Source: Eledone cirrhosa
Lineage: Eukaryota
NCBI GenBank assembly: GCA_964016885.1
Contig: OZ024754.1
Coordinates: forward strand, 41,044,001-41,108,000
DNA length: 64,000 bases
Direction of reading: 5' to 3'
The notes beneath the pieces are model-generated. The model did no database searches and was not told the origin of the DNA. It worked only from the letters and a program-made list of their open reading frames with translations. Shown piece by piece: positions 25,631 through 38,668 of this stretch. Position 1 is the first letter of the stretch, and every line of letters starts with the position of its first letter. Position numbers and translations under genes: made by a program.

Positions 25631-25701
25631 TTATTATATATACAAATACACACACAATACACACTTCTTCATTGTGATTGTGCAAATAAGAATAAACTTA
25701 C

Positions 25702-25740
25702 CATAGATGCCAGACTGGAGGTAAGCAGCTAATTCGGATT
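25702..25740 (-). CDS. IQUB: IQUB 39-nt exon (putative)
   Basis: catcag acceptor, G/gtaagt donor, phase 1-1, ESELAAYLQSGIY open. Confidence 0.6.
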
Positions 25741-26892
25741 CTGATGAAGAACAAACAAGCTTTTAAAACAACAACAACAACAACAATAAAAACAATTCAA
25801 TGATAAATTTTACCTCCCTTCTTGTTTCTAGTTGATGTTATACTGTGGATAATTTGGGGCTTTTTACTTCATAGGATGGAGTGTTTGTGTGTGTGTGTGG
25901 GGGGTGGGGGGTGGGGGGTTTAAATTAAATATATGTTGGGTGTTAGGAAGGGCATCCAGCCGTAGAAAACCTGCCAGACAGTCCTACACGAGCAAGACAA
26001 CCAATCTTGCCTCAAGTGGGACAATTCCCGTCCAGACCCATGCTAGCATGGAAGATGGACGTTAAACGATGATGATGATGATGATGATGATATGTTATAG
26101 TTGTCAGCTCCATCTCTTCCCTGACTGAACAGGTTGTAACCATTAACCGTACTCTTACTCAGACATGATGTATCTAACTAAGGTGACTAAACAGGTATGT
26201 TAAAGCGATTAACTATATCCTCTGTCACTCAGACATGATGTATCTAAAGTTACATTATCCACAGATTAAAATACACCATGTTTACAGCTGGGACACTTTT
26301 TTTATATCAAAATCCTACAACATTCAATTGAAAATGGAAAATTGGAAAGGAAAAAAAAAATGATAAACACTTTTAATCAATAATTTTCTTTTTACAATTT
26401 TTACAATTTACAATTTTCTGGCTTGTTTACAATTATTCAAGACCTGAGAGTATACAGTTCTTAAAAAAAAGGGTGTATGTGGAGGGGGAGGGCAGAAACC
26501 CAGCACACACAATCACACATCATAAACACAAATATATATATATGGAGGCACATGGCTGAGTGGTTAGAGCATTGGCCTTGCAATCGAAAGGTTGTGAGTT
26601 CAATTCTCAGATGTGATGTGTTGTTTTCTTGAGCAAGACACTTTATTTCACATTGCTCCAGTTGACTCAGCTGTAGAAATGAGATGATAGGGACTGAGGT
26701 CCCTATCATTCCACTGCAAAGTGGCCGTGGAGGTGCACCCAGCACTCACTGTAAATGAGGTTGGTGTTAGGAAGGGCATCCAGCTGTAGAAATGAAGCCA
26801 GAATCAGGGATAAGCGGACGTAAAATGATGATGATGATGATGATGATGATATATATTAGTAAGATGACAACAGTGTCTATTATGATCCATAC

Positions 26893-27111
26893 CTTCATCC
26901 TGTCTTTTTACTGGGACGCCATCTATATTATCTGAGCTCTCATCAGATGGAGTTGCCGGTAACATGCTGGATTTACTGAATGACCTCGCTTTAACTTGTT
27001 TTGACACAACAGATACTGCTTTTGAGAGTGCACTAGCTTTCCGTCCTTGTAAGACAGGAAGATGCGGTGGCTGCAATATGATGTCGTCTGATTGTGAAAC
27101 AATGTCATCCT
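26893..27111 (-). CDS. IQUB: IQUB exon (poorly conserved N-terminal region)
   Basis: EDDIVSQSDDIILQPPHLP...VKRQDE; ttacag acceptor, gtatgg donor, phase 1-1. Confidence 0.7.
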
Positions 27112-27599
27112 CTGTAAGTAGAAAACCAAGCCATAATAATATTATGTCAAGTATGAAATTTGTAGAAAAAAAAACAAAACAAAAACAAATTTCTACAAAT
27201 TTCATACTTGACGATCTGATAATAAAGGCACAAGGCCAGCAATTATGGGGAGGGGGAAAGTCGACTAAATAGACTCCAGTGCATAACTGGTACTTTATTT
27301 TATCGACCCCCGTAAGGATGAAAGGCAAAGTTAACCTCGGTGGGATTTGAACTCAGTCCGTAAAGGGCCATAACTCTGTGCTGCAAAGCATGGCGTTAGA
27401 CTGACCCTCTACTGATACTGCCAATCCACTGCCTTGATAATAATAATTGTTTCTACGTTAGGCACAAGGCCAGCAATTACCCCCAGTGCATTACTGGTAC
27501 TTTATTTTATCTACCCCCCCCCCCCGTAAGGATGAAAGGCAAAGTTAACCTCGGCGGGATTTGAACTCAGAATGGCAAGGGCCGTAACTCTATGCGCCA

Positions 27600-27965
27600 A
27601 AGCAATAATAATGGTTTCATTTATTGGTCACAAGGGCTGACATATAGGGGACAATACAATAGGCTGGGACAGTGGGCGGGGGGGGGGGGGGGGGTTTACA
27701 CAAGAATTGAGAAAAAATAGGAAAACAATAACAATAAACAAAAAAAAAAAACACAACAATGAAAATTCGCCCAATAGGGAGAAGAAAACCACCCAGGGTT
27801 GATTCAGGTACCCCACCAATCCTGAACCACCTGGGAAGGGTACCCCTCTCCTCCTCAAATTCACCAGCTTACAGACACATGATGAGAGTAGTCCCACTCA
27901 CACGAGTCACTCTCGCCACATTCACTCACCTCCCCCCCCCCCTTCCAAGGGAAATTTGGAAAAAG
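27600..27965 (-). mobile_element. Non-LTR retrotransposon 3' end (possibly L1/Tx1-like)
   Basis: Related segments at 21495-21750 and 31540-31680 (ERWVNVARM...PTLVMHL*), ends in aataaa-type tail. Confidence 0.45.
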
Positions 27966-28077
27966 TTGAGTGATTGACTGAAGAGAATGGTTTCTGGTTT
28001 AGTGAGGAGGCCAACAACTTCGGGGGAGGGGGAGATCGACCCCAGTGCATTACTGGTACTTTATTTTATCAACCCAG

Positions 28078-29018
28078 CAACAGTAACAACAACAACAGCA
28101 GTAACAACAACAACAACAGTAACAACAACAACAACATCAGTAACAACAACAACAACAACAGTAACAACAACAACAACAGCAGTAACAACAACAACAGTAA
28201 CAACAACAACAGCAGTAACAACAACAGTAACAGTAACAACAACAACAGTAACAATAACAACAGCAGTAACAACAACAGCAGTAACAACAACAACAACAAC
28301 AGCAGTAACAACAACAACAGTAACAACAACAACAGCAGTAACAACAACAGCAGTAACAACAACAACAGTAACAACAACAACAGTAACAACAACAACAACA
28401 GTAACAACAACAACAGCAGTAACAACAACAACAGTAACAACAACAACAGCAGTAACAACAACAGCAGTAACAACAACAACAGTAACAACAACAACAACAG
28501 TAACAACAACAACAACAGTAACAACAACAACAGCAGTAACAACAACAGTAACAACAACAACAGCAGTAACAACAACAGTAACAACAACAGCAGTAACAAC
28601 AACAACAACAACAGCAGTAACAACAACAACAGTAACAACAACAACAGCAGTAACAACAACAGCAGTAACAACAACAACAGTAACAACAACAACAGTAACA
28701 ACAACAACAACAGTAACAACAACAACAGCAGTAACAACAACAACAGTAACAACAACAACAGCAGTAACAACAACAGCAGTAACAACAACAACAGTAACAA
28801 CAACAACAACAACAGTAACAACAACAACAACAGTAACAACAACAACAGCAGTAACAACAACAGTAACAACAACAACAGCAGTAACAACAACAGCAGTAAC
28901 AACAACAACAGTAACAACAACAACAGTAACAACAACAACAACAGTAACAACAACAACAACAGTAACAACAACAGTAACAACAACAACAACAGTAACAACA
29001 ACAACAGCAGTAACAACA
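28078..29018. repeat. (AAC/AGT/AGC)n trinucleotide tract
   Basis: Direct inspection; lies in the intron after the 29068 donor. Confidence 0.95.
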
Positions 29019-29067
29019 TCTAGGCATGTGTTGTAACACTGAAAATAAAACAAACTTTTACCATTAC

Positions 29068-30850
29068 CTGCACTGGAGCTACTTGCATTTGGTTGCACAT
29101 CGGTACCACTTACACCCGGTTGCACTTCAGTGCCACTTGCACCTTGTTGCACTTTGGTGCCACTTGCATCGTGTTGCACTTCACTGCCACTTGCATCTTG
29201 TTGCACTTCGGTGCCACTTGCATCTTGTTGCACTTCGCTGCCACTTGCATATTGTTGCACTTCGGTGCCACTTGCATCTTGTTGCACTTCGCTGCCACTT
29301 GCATCTTGTTGCACTTCGCTGCCACTTGCATCTTGTTGCACTTCGCTGCCACTTGCATCTTGTTGGACTTCGGTGCCACTTGCATCTTGTTGCACTTCGC
29401 TGCCACTTGCATCTTGTTGCACTTCGGTGCCACTTGCATCTTGTTGCACTTCGCTGCCACTTGCATCTTGTTGCACTTCGCTGCCACTTGCATCTTGTTG
29501 GACTTTGGTGCCACTTGCATCTTGTTGCACTTCGCTTCCACTTGCATCTTGTTGCACTTCGGTGCCACTTGCATCTTGTTGCACTTCGCTGCCACTTGCA
29601 TCTTGTTGCACTTCGCTGCCACTTGCATATTGTTGCACTTCGCTGCCACTTGCATCTTGTTGCACTTCGCTGCCACTTGCATCTTGTTGCACTTCGCTGC
29701 CACTTGCATATTGTTGCACTTCGCTGCCACTTGCATCCTGTTGCACTTCGCTGCCACTTGCATCTTGTTGCACTTCGGTGCCACTTGCATCCTGTTGCAC
29801 TTCGCTGCCACTTGCATCTTGTTGGACTTCGCTGCCACTTGCATCTTGTTGCACTTCGCTGCCACTTGCATCTTGTTGCACTTCGCTGTCACTTGCATCC
29901 TGTTGCACTTCGCTGCCACTTGCATCTTGTTGCACTTCGGTGCCAATTGCATCCTGTTGCACTTCGCTGCCACTTGCATCTTGTTGGACTTCGCTGCCAC
30001 TTGCATCTTGTTGCACTTCGCTGCCACTTGCATCTTGTTGCACTTCGGTGCCACTTGCATCCTGTTGCACTTCGCTGCCACTTGCATCCTGTTGCACTTC
30101 GGTGCCACTTGCATCCTGTTGCACTTCGCTGCCACTTGCATCTTGTTGGACTTCAGTACCACTTGCATCTTGTTGCACTTCGGTACCACTTGCATATTGT
30201 TGCACTTCGGTGCCACTTGTATCTGGTTGCACTTCGGTGCCACCTGCATCTGCAGATTTATCACTGCCAACTGCATCTACAGTTTCATCTTGTTGCATAG
30301 TGGTGCCACTTGCATCTTGTTGCACTTCGGTGACACTTGCATCTGGTTGCACAGTGGTACCACTTGCATCTTGTTGCACATCTGTGCCACTTGCATCTTG
30401 TTGCACATTGGTTCCACTTGCATCTTGTTGCACAGTTGTACCACTTGCATCTTGTTGTGCAATGGTGCCACTTGCATCTTGTTGCACATTAGTGCTACTT
30501 GCATCTTGTGTAATGGTTCCACTTGCATCTTGCTGCACACTGGTGCCACTTGCATTGTCCTCTTGTTGCACACTGGTTTCAATTGCATCTATATTCTCCT
30601 CGGTTGCACCTAAATTGTCATCCTGTTGCACATTGGTGACATTTTCATCTGCATTCTCATCCTGTTCCACATCATTGCCAGTTGCAGTTGCATTCTCATC
30701 TTGTTGCTCACCGTTGCCACTTGCATCACCATTCCTATTTTGTTGCTCACTGCTGCTATTTATGTCTAGATGATCATCTTCTTGCACATTGGTACCACTT
30801 GCATCTGCATCCACGCCATTTTGGACACTGTTTAGATTGACACCAGACAT
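29068..30850 (-). CDS. IQUB: IQUB first coding exon: 594-aa acidic region with about 55 copies of a 9-aa repeat (ASGSEVQQD)
   Basis: ATG 30850 just after an AG acceptor (30864-63); unique acidic sequence grades into 27-bp repeats; phase-1 donor joins the 27111 exon in frame. Confidence 0.72.
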
Positions 30851-31741
30851 TGCAAGGTTATTCTAGAGAGAAGGAGATATGAGAGAAAAAATGGAAGTTT
30901 GTAAATCAAATGTTTAAATTGTCTATAATTATTGATTATATCACTTCTAAGGTTCATATTAAAGATAATTAGTAAGAAGTAGCAAAAATCGATACTTGCA
31001 GTTCAATAGTTAAGACAAAGTGAACTTGAACAACCAAGAGATCTTAGAATTTCATGTAGCGAGAGGGTAACTATGATATATATGAGAGTCGGCTGAAGAG
31101 TTCATAGGCTGACCAAGATACTCTCATGGAATGACCAAATGAGGTTTATTTTCCAACTTAGTACCCAGGAAAGGAATAGTGCTGTTAGTTTTTATAAGAA
31201 GAGTTGAAGTTAATGCATGCAAGATTTCATAGCTCTAGCATTACTCCTTCAGAGGCTGACCAAGATACTCTCATAGAATGACCAAAACAAAAACAAACAA
31301 AAGAAAATACACAACAATAATAATAATTGTTTCTACTTTAGGCACAAGGCCAGCAATTTGAAGGAGGGGGGGGGTTGATTAAATCAACCCCAGTGCATTA
31401 CTAGTATTTTATTTTATTGACCCTGTTAGGATGATAGGTAAAGCTAACCTCGGTGGGATTTGAACTAAGAATGTAAAGGGCCATAATTTTATGCCACTCT
31501 GAATATTGTCCAATGCTCTACTGATTCTGCCAACCCACTGGATCCACATATAGGGGACAATACAAAAGGACAAGGACAGTGGAGGGTTTACAAGTAAAAA
31601 CAAATTAACAATAAAATTCGCCAATAGGGGGGAGAACCACCCAGGGGCAACTCAGGCACCCCGCCAACCCTAGACCACTCCATGATTTGAGGGCAACAGT
31701 AAGATGGAAAACAAGGAGTAGTGAAATAACTTTTAAACAAA

Positions 31742-32410
31742 TATAGGAGAGATTGATGTATAGGAAAGATTGATGTATAGGAGGGATTGATGTATAGGAG
31801 AGAGATTGGTGTATAGGAGAGATTGATGTATAGGAAAGATTGGTGTATAGAAAGGATTGATGTATAGGAGAGAGATTGGTGTATAGGAGATACAGATGTA
31901 TAGGAGAGATTGATGTATAGGAAAGATTGATGTATAGGAGAGAGATTGGTGTATAGGAGGGATTGATGTATAGGAGAGAGATTGGTGTATAGGAGATACA
32001 GATGTATAGGAGAGAGACTGGTGTATAGGAGATACAGATGTATAGGAGAGACTGAAATATAGGAGAGATTGATGTATAGGAGAGATTTGTGTATAGGAGA
32101 TACAGATGTATAGGAGAGACTGAAATATAGGAGAGATTGATGTATAGGAGAAAGATTGGTGTATAGGAGAGATTGATGTATAGGAGAGAAATTGGTGTAT
32201 AGGAGATACAGATGTATAGGAGAGACTGAAATATAGGAGATACAGATGTATAGGAGAGATTGATGTATATGAGAGAGACTGGTGTATAGGAGATACAGAT
32301 GTATAGGAGAGACTGAAATATAGGAGAGATTGATGTATAGGAGAGATTTGTGTATAGGAGAGACTGAAATATAGGAGAGATTGATGTATAGGAGAGAGAT
32401 TTATATATAG
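31742..32410. repeat. About 17-19 bp minisatellite (gatgtataggagagatt)
   Basis: Direct inspection. Confidence 0.9.
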
Positions 32411-32848
32411 GGGAGATCGAACTATAGAAATATCGTTAAAAGATAACCGAAAAAAACGAAAAAAAAAAATTCGAAGTGAAAGTAAAGTGAAAGTTTAAAC
32501 AGGGGGGGGGGGGGGGGCATTATTAGACGGGGTCCGAATTTAGGGAAAGGGTCCAAGAGTTTAGATTTATACTTTGTAGGGTTTAACATTGATCTTTAAT
32601 AAATGTATAACTAATATAAGATCGATATAAACAGAGGTGAACTATTGCCGCATTATCTGGGTAATTAAGGTAAAAAATAAAAATAGGTAAATATACAATA
32701 CAATAAGTTAGGTAGGTAGTACCTAATGCCTGTGGGAAGGGAATGAACACCACAACTCTCCGTTTCCTAAAGTTTCAGAGAAGCAAGATAATTATTTTCG
32801 TTACCTTGAAAAACAAATTGACAGATCCAACTTTGCGTTTCTATGAGA

Positions 32849-32869
32849 CGGAAGTGTTGCTATGACAAC
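32849..32869. promoter_or_regulatory. RFX X-box (GTTGCTATGACAAC, 32856-32869) abutting an ETS site (CGGAAGTG); putative IQUB promoter
   Basis: Matches GTHNYY-AT-RRNAAC; minus-strand donor AAG/gtaacg at 32804-32803 suggests a 5' UTR exon. Confidence 0.65.
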
Positions 32870-34579
32870 AGCACATACAACATTAACAGCGATAGCCACG
32901 CCCACCACCGCCGCCATAACAACCACCACCACCACCGCTGTCGCCACCACAACAACCACTGCCATCACTAATAACGATTTCTTGTATAGGCACAAGGCCA
33001 GCAATTGGGGGAGGGGCTCGATTAAATCGACCCCAGTGCGTTACTGGTACTTTCAGTGGGAGTTCGGCTGTTCTTTCATCTTTACTTCGGTTACTATGTC
33101 TATTGAGTATGACACTCCGTTTGTCATCCTCTGTGCTAAGAAAATGGATGTGATACTAAGTGAAAATTAAGTCACAAGCACACATGTAGTAAAGTCGTGT
33201 GTACATGTTCCTCCATTTTTACATGGACTACTTTTGTATGAATCTACCCCTGAAATTTAATAAAGGGAAAAGCAACATACACAAAGTTAAAGTTGAAGGC
33301 GCGAGGTTTGAATGGTTAGAGAACAGGATTCGCAATCGTCAGGTTGTAAGTTCGATTCCTGGACCGAGTGATGCGTTATGTCCTTGAGCAAGACACTTTA
33401 TTTCATGTTGCTCCTTCTACCTGGAGTTGCGACCGATAGATAGTATTAGCAATTAGAAAGACAAACGGGAACATTGTTTCCTCGGTCCGATTTGACGAAA
33501 GTCGATCGACTGTCGGTAGTTAAATTTTATCGACCTCGTAAGGATGAAAAGCAAAGTTAACCTCGGTGGGAACTCAGACCGTAACTCTGTGCGTCAAAGC
33601 AAGGTATCCGACTCTCTACTGATACTGCCACTGCCCTCACTGACAACACTATTACTATAACACCCCTAGAACATCAATAGCCACCAATGTATAACTACTA
33701 TTTATATGAGGGACGGCACTACACAACCGAAGTCCTTAGTTCATACAACATTAATTCATAGCATTTTTAAAATAATAAATCTATTCAAATCCCGCCGAGG
33801 TAAACTTTGCCTTTCATCCTTACGGGGTCGATAAAATAAAGTACCAGTAATACACTGGGTCGATTTAATCAACTTTCCCCTCTCCCCAAATTTCTGGCCT
33901 TGTGTCTATAGTAGAAATTATTATTATTGGTGGATTGGCAGAATCGGTAGAGGGTCAGACACCATCCTTTGCAGCAAAGAGTTACGGCCCTTTATGGTCT
34001 GAGTTCAAATCCTGCCATGGTTAGTTTTGCCTTTCATCCTTACGGGGTCGATAAAATAAAGTACCAGTAATGTACTGGGTCGATTTAATCAACTTTCCCC
34101 CCTCTCCCAAATTGCTGACCTTGTGCCTATAGTAGAAATTATTTTTGTTATTATTATTTGTTCAAATCCCGTCGGGATTAACTTTGCCTTTCATCCTAAC
34201 AGGGTCGCTCAAATAAAGTACCAGTAATACACTGGGATAATTACTGGCCTTGTGCGAAATGTAGAAACCATTATTTATTATAATATACACTACTGTAGTT
34301 AAATTTTCTGAAAATATTTCACTCTCATTATCATTTCATGTCCATTTTTTTTTGTTCATCCACTTGCATGGGTTGGACAAGTGTTCTCTCAACATGGTGT
34401 TTCACCATTTTGTAAAGACCCCTTGACATAATCGCCATGCTCAACGTCCCTAGATCAGCTTATACTATTTAATATATTTCTTCTGAAGGCTTCTTCTACT
34501 TATATCGCTTGGCTTTTGTTTTTTAAACCCAACTGTTTTTCTCCATACACATAATAGGTACGAGCCATCACAAAATCTT

Positions 34580-34935
34580 CCCTCTTGCACATTACATCTG
34601 GTTCCTTTTGTACTCAGTCTTCTAGGTTCATGTTTACTCCCTCTTGCACATTACATCTGGTTCCCTTTGTACCCAGACTTCTTCTTGGTTCATGTTTCCT
34701 TCCTCTTGCACATTACATCTGGTTCCCTTTGTACCCAGACTTCTTCTAGGTTCATGTTTACTCCCTCTTGCACATTACATCTGGTTCCTTTTGTACCCAG
34801 ACTTCTAGGTTCATGTTTACTCCCTCTTGCACATTACATCTGGTTCCTTTTGTACCCAGACTTCTAGGTTCATGTTTACTCCCTCTTGCACATTACATCT
34901 GGTTCCCTTTGTACCCAGACTTCTTCTTGGTTCAT
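34580..34935. repeat. About 59-62 bp tandem repeat, about 6 copies
   Basis: cctcttgcacattacatctggttcc...gtacccagacttctaggttcatgtttact repeated. Confidence 0.9.
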
Positions 34936-35884
34936 ACACACAAATATTACACATCCAATGGAGCTTACTTACTTTTCCACAATCTCTATATTTAATGCAT
35001 GTTTCACAACCTTTTAGAATCACATCAAACACTCAAGTGTTACAACACAGCCTTCACTTAGAGAGAGAGAGAATCCCTTTGTTACCATTAAGAGGTGATA
35101 GATCCCTGTACTCATTAACCCTCACCTTGCTGACTGCACTTCTGTATATTAATTTTAATTCTCAAAAGTCATTCATCTACTCATTGTTTTCTTATAATCC
35201 ACCTAATTAAAGAGCATGGTACTCTGTTAAAAGCCTTCAAGTCAATGAATGTTGGTGTCATAGCAAAAAACACCCAGTCCACCCTGTAAGGTGGTAGTGT
35301 TGGTGTCATAGCAAAAAACACCCAGTCCACCCTGTAAGGTGGTAGTGTTGGTGCCATAGCAAAAAAACACCCAGTCCACCCTGTAAGGTGGTAGTGTTGG
35401 TGCCAGAGCAAAAAAAAACACCCAGTCCACCCTGTAAGGTGGTAGTGTTGGTGCCAGAGCAAAAAAACACCCAGTCCACCCTGTAAGGTGGTAGTGTTGG
35501 TGCCATAGCAAAAAAACACCCAGTCCACCCTGTAAGGTGGTAGTGTTGGTGCCATAGCAAAAAAATACCCAGTCCACCCTGTAAGGTGGTAGTGTTGGTG
35601 CTATGGTGAAATATATCCAGTCCACCTTGAAAGGTGGTAGTACTGGTGCTATGGTGAAATGCTCCCAGTACACCCTGTAAAGCTGTTCACATTAGGGACG
35701 GCATCCAGCCATAGAAAAGAAGCCAAAATGAAATGTATGAACAAGATAGTCACCTAACAACAGTGACAACCTGTCTAACCCATGCATACATGGAAAATAG
35801 ACATTAACCAGTGATGATGACAATGTCATTCCAAGCTAGAACAAAACAAACAATACACAGTATTTTCAAAATGTTTATTTAAAG

Positions 35885-35980
35885 CTATTCAATGTCTTTT
35901 TTGTCCCAGTCTTTCATCTTGACGTCGTTAAGTATGAAGTCGTTCTTCAGAAAATTCCAAATCTTTTTCTCGGGTTCAGG
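35885..35980 (-). CDS. RRP15: RRP15 last exon
   Basis: PEPEKKIWNFLKNDFILNDVKMKDWDKKDIE* matches RRP15 WxxLRDDF..MKDWD; AATAAA just downstream (35879-35874). Confidence 0.9.
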   Translation of the reverse strand, partial: PEPEKKIWNFLKNDFILNDVKMKDWDKKDIE

Positions 35981-35989
35981 CTGAAATAT

Positions 35990-36570
35990 TAATTACAGGT
36001 AGATATTAGTGAAGATGTTGTGCAGGTAAATTGATTACAGGTAGATATTAGTGAAGATGTGCAGGTAAATCAATTACAGGTATATACTAGTGATGTTGTG
36101 CAGGTAAATTACAGGTAGATATTAGTGAAGATGTGCAGGTAAATCAATTACAGGTATATACTAGTGATGTTGTGCAGGTAAATTACAGGTAGATATTAGT
36201 GAAGATGTGCAGGTAAATCAATTACAGGTATATATTAGTGATGTTGTGCAGGTAAATTACAGGTAGATATTAGTAAAGATGTGCAGGTAAATCAATTACA
36301 GGTATTTATTAGTGATATTGTGCAGGTAAATTACAGGTAGATATTAGTGAAGATGTGTAGGTAAATCAATTACAGGTAGATATTAGTGATATTGTGCAGG
36401 TAAATTAATTACGGTGGATATTAGTGAAGATACCGTGCAGGTAAATCAATTACAGGTAGATATTAGTGATATTGTGCAGGTAAATTAATTACAGGTGGAT
36501 ATTAGTGAAGATACTGTGCAGGTAAATTAATTACAGATGGATATTAGTGAAGATGTACAGGTAAATTAAC
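35990..36570. repeat. Degenerate about 33-39 bp minisatellite (caggtaaattacaggtagatattagtgaagatgtg)
   Basis: Direct inspection; fills most of RRP15 last intron. Confidence 0.85.
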
Positions 36571-36731
36571 ATAAGCTGAACAGTCAACACTACTACAGGT
36601 GAACACAGGTAACAAGATACACAACAGTATAGGTATACACAGGTGAACACAGTACGGTGACATGACTAGGTAAGAAGTGAGATAAGAAAGAGGAAGGAGT
36701 TGATTAACAGGTGAGACACTAAATTACTAAC

Positions 36732-36927
36732 CATAATGGTGTCTTCTACCATTGGTTGAGATGACAAATTAAATTTAGGCATGTTTTGAAGGAGATGAAA
36801 GAACGACTTCTGTTCTGTCTTCTCTGAGACTTTTTGTTTCTTCCACTCAGTTGTGTTCACAGTATTGTCTTGTTCTTCATTCAGTTGCTGCTGCTTTTGT
36901 ACAGCATTAAATAGCTGAACAATACCC
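36732..36927 (-). CDS. RRP15: RRP15 exon
   Basis: GIVQLFNAVQKQQ, the Rrp15 signature. Confidence 0.93.
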
Positions 36928-38109
36928 CTGAAATAGAATATAAGAGAGGGTGGTAAGTGGCAGGATCGGTAGAGCATCAGATAAAATACCTTGAACTATT
37001 TGGATACGTCATGAGTTCGAATCCCAACCCTGTTAATCTTCTTTCATCCTTTTAAAGCCGATAAAATGCTGAACCTATGTATGACTTGCAAAGGGAGATA
37101 AGTGGGCAAGGCAAGGTTATAGTGGAAGACTAGCAGTCATCATCATCATCATTTTACGTCTGCTTTTCCCTGCTTGCAAGGGTGGGACAGGAACTGATTC
37201 TGGCTTGATTTCTACAGCTGGATGCCCTTCCTAACACCAACCTCATTTACAGTGAGTGCTGGGTGCTTTTTTGCCGTGGCACCTCCACGACCACTCATCC
37301 ATGCATGAAAATCTCTTATCTCCAAAGAAAAGACCTGAGCCAAATACAGAGTGTACTGGGTGTGTTTTATTGAGGCAGACCTGAGCTAAATACAGAGTGT
37401 ACTGGGTGTGTTTTATTGAGGCAGACCTGAGCTAAATACAGAGTGTACTGGGTGTGTTTTATTGAGGCAGACCTGAGCTAAATACAGAGTGTACTGGGTG
37501 TGTTTTATTGAGGCAGACCTGAGCTAAATATAGAGTGTACTGGGTGTATTTTATTGTGGCACCAGCACTACAGAGGGTATTATATGTTTGGCAAGACAAA
37601 AAGTCCTCTCTTCGTTATAAAGTCTCTATTCTTCTGCTCACCAGCATCAGAGAATTGTCTCATCCCCAGTAAGTAGAAAAGAGAGTGAGGGAGAGAGAGA
37701 GAGAGAGAGAGAGTGATTAATGTGTGTGTGTGTGTTTTCTTACTATAAGAGTATGAGGTAGAAACATTTTAAATGAGTGCTCAATAATGAGTGAAACAAG
37801 ATGATCTTTTTGTGAAGATAAATTATGTAAAAAAACACACATACATACATATCTGTACATACCCACACAAACGTATAGTGTAAACCCACACACACACACA
37901 TACATGTCTGTATATACACACTCAAATGTATCCAGTGTAAACTCACACACACACATATACATATTTGACATAATTTATCCTAACAGAAAAAAAAAAAAAA
38001 AAAAAAAATAATTTTGTTTTGTTAAATAAGAAGCCGCTCGTTAATGATTCCTAATCTGAAACAGTTCTCCTATATTCTTGTAGTAAGAAAAATTAGAAGT
38101 AAAACTTAC

Positions 38110-38195
38110 TGTGTAGCTATTGCTTTCAGTTGTCGCTCTTTATTCATGTCAAGGACATTAGGTTTCGTCCTGGCTAAAAGAAGTTTTTTTTTCCG
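38110..38195 (-). CDS. RRP15: RRP15 exon
   Basis: RKKKLLLARTKPNVLDMNKERQLKAIAT(Q), precedes GIVQLFNAV in frame. Confidence 0.9.
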
Positions 38196-38595
38196 CTGGA
38201 TAGAGGAATATGAAAAAAGAAAGAGAAAACAAATTACACACAGAAAAAAAAAAAATCCCACTAATTTTCTGAGTAGAACATTTTCAATAAAGCAAATATA
38301 TTTAATAAACTGAGAATTTTGTTTTGAAAGTTTAAAAAATACTATTTGTTAAAATATAAAAGAAGTGTAATAAAAAAAAAATAAAACCTTACTAACTACG
38401 ACCATTATAGAATTTATACTTTGGAGAATTACTGGCAGAAAAGTGGAACAGATATTAAATGTATTTACACACACTATATATATATAAAGTATTTCCATAG
38501 GAAGGGTAAAAGAGAGTGCTCTATGTATGCTACAGAGCTATTTAATTATGTAATAAACAACATAAGACAATTATTCCATTTAGCAAAGGTTAAAT

Positions 38596-38668
38596 TTTCA
38601 TTCTGATGAGCGATTTCAGATGTCTCTGTTGAGCTCGTCTGTCTTCATGAAACCTTTGGTAAATGGAA
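38596..38668 (+). ncRNA. Degenerate type I hammerhead motif (family C)
   Basis: tttcatt-CTGATGA-long imperfect stem II-GAAACC-ttt-GGTA-aatggaa; related degraded copy on minus strand 50366-50436. Confidence 0.5.

Noticed and set aside
28061-29067. Val/Thr-rich C-terminal third of the 929-aa ORF
   Set aside because: Read-through past a good splice donor into an (AAC)n microsatellite.
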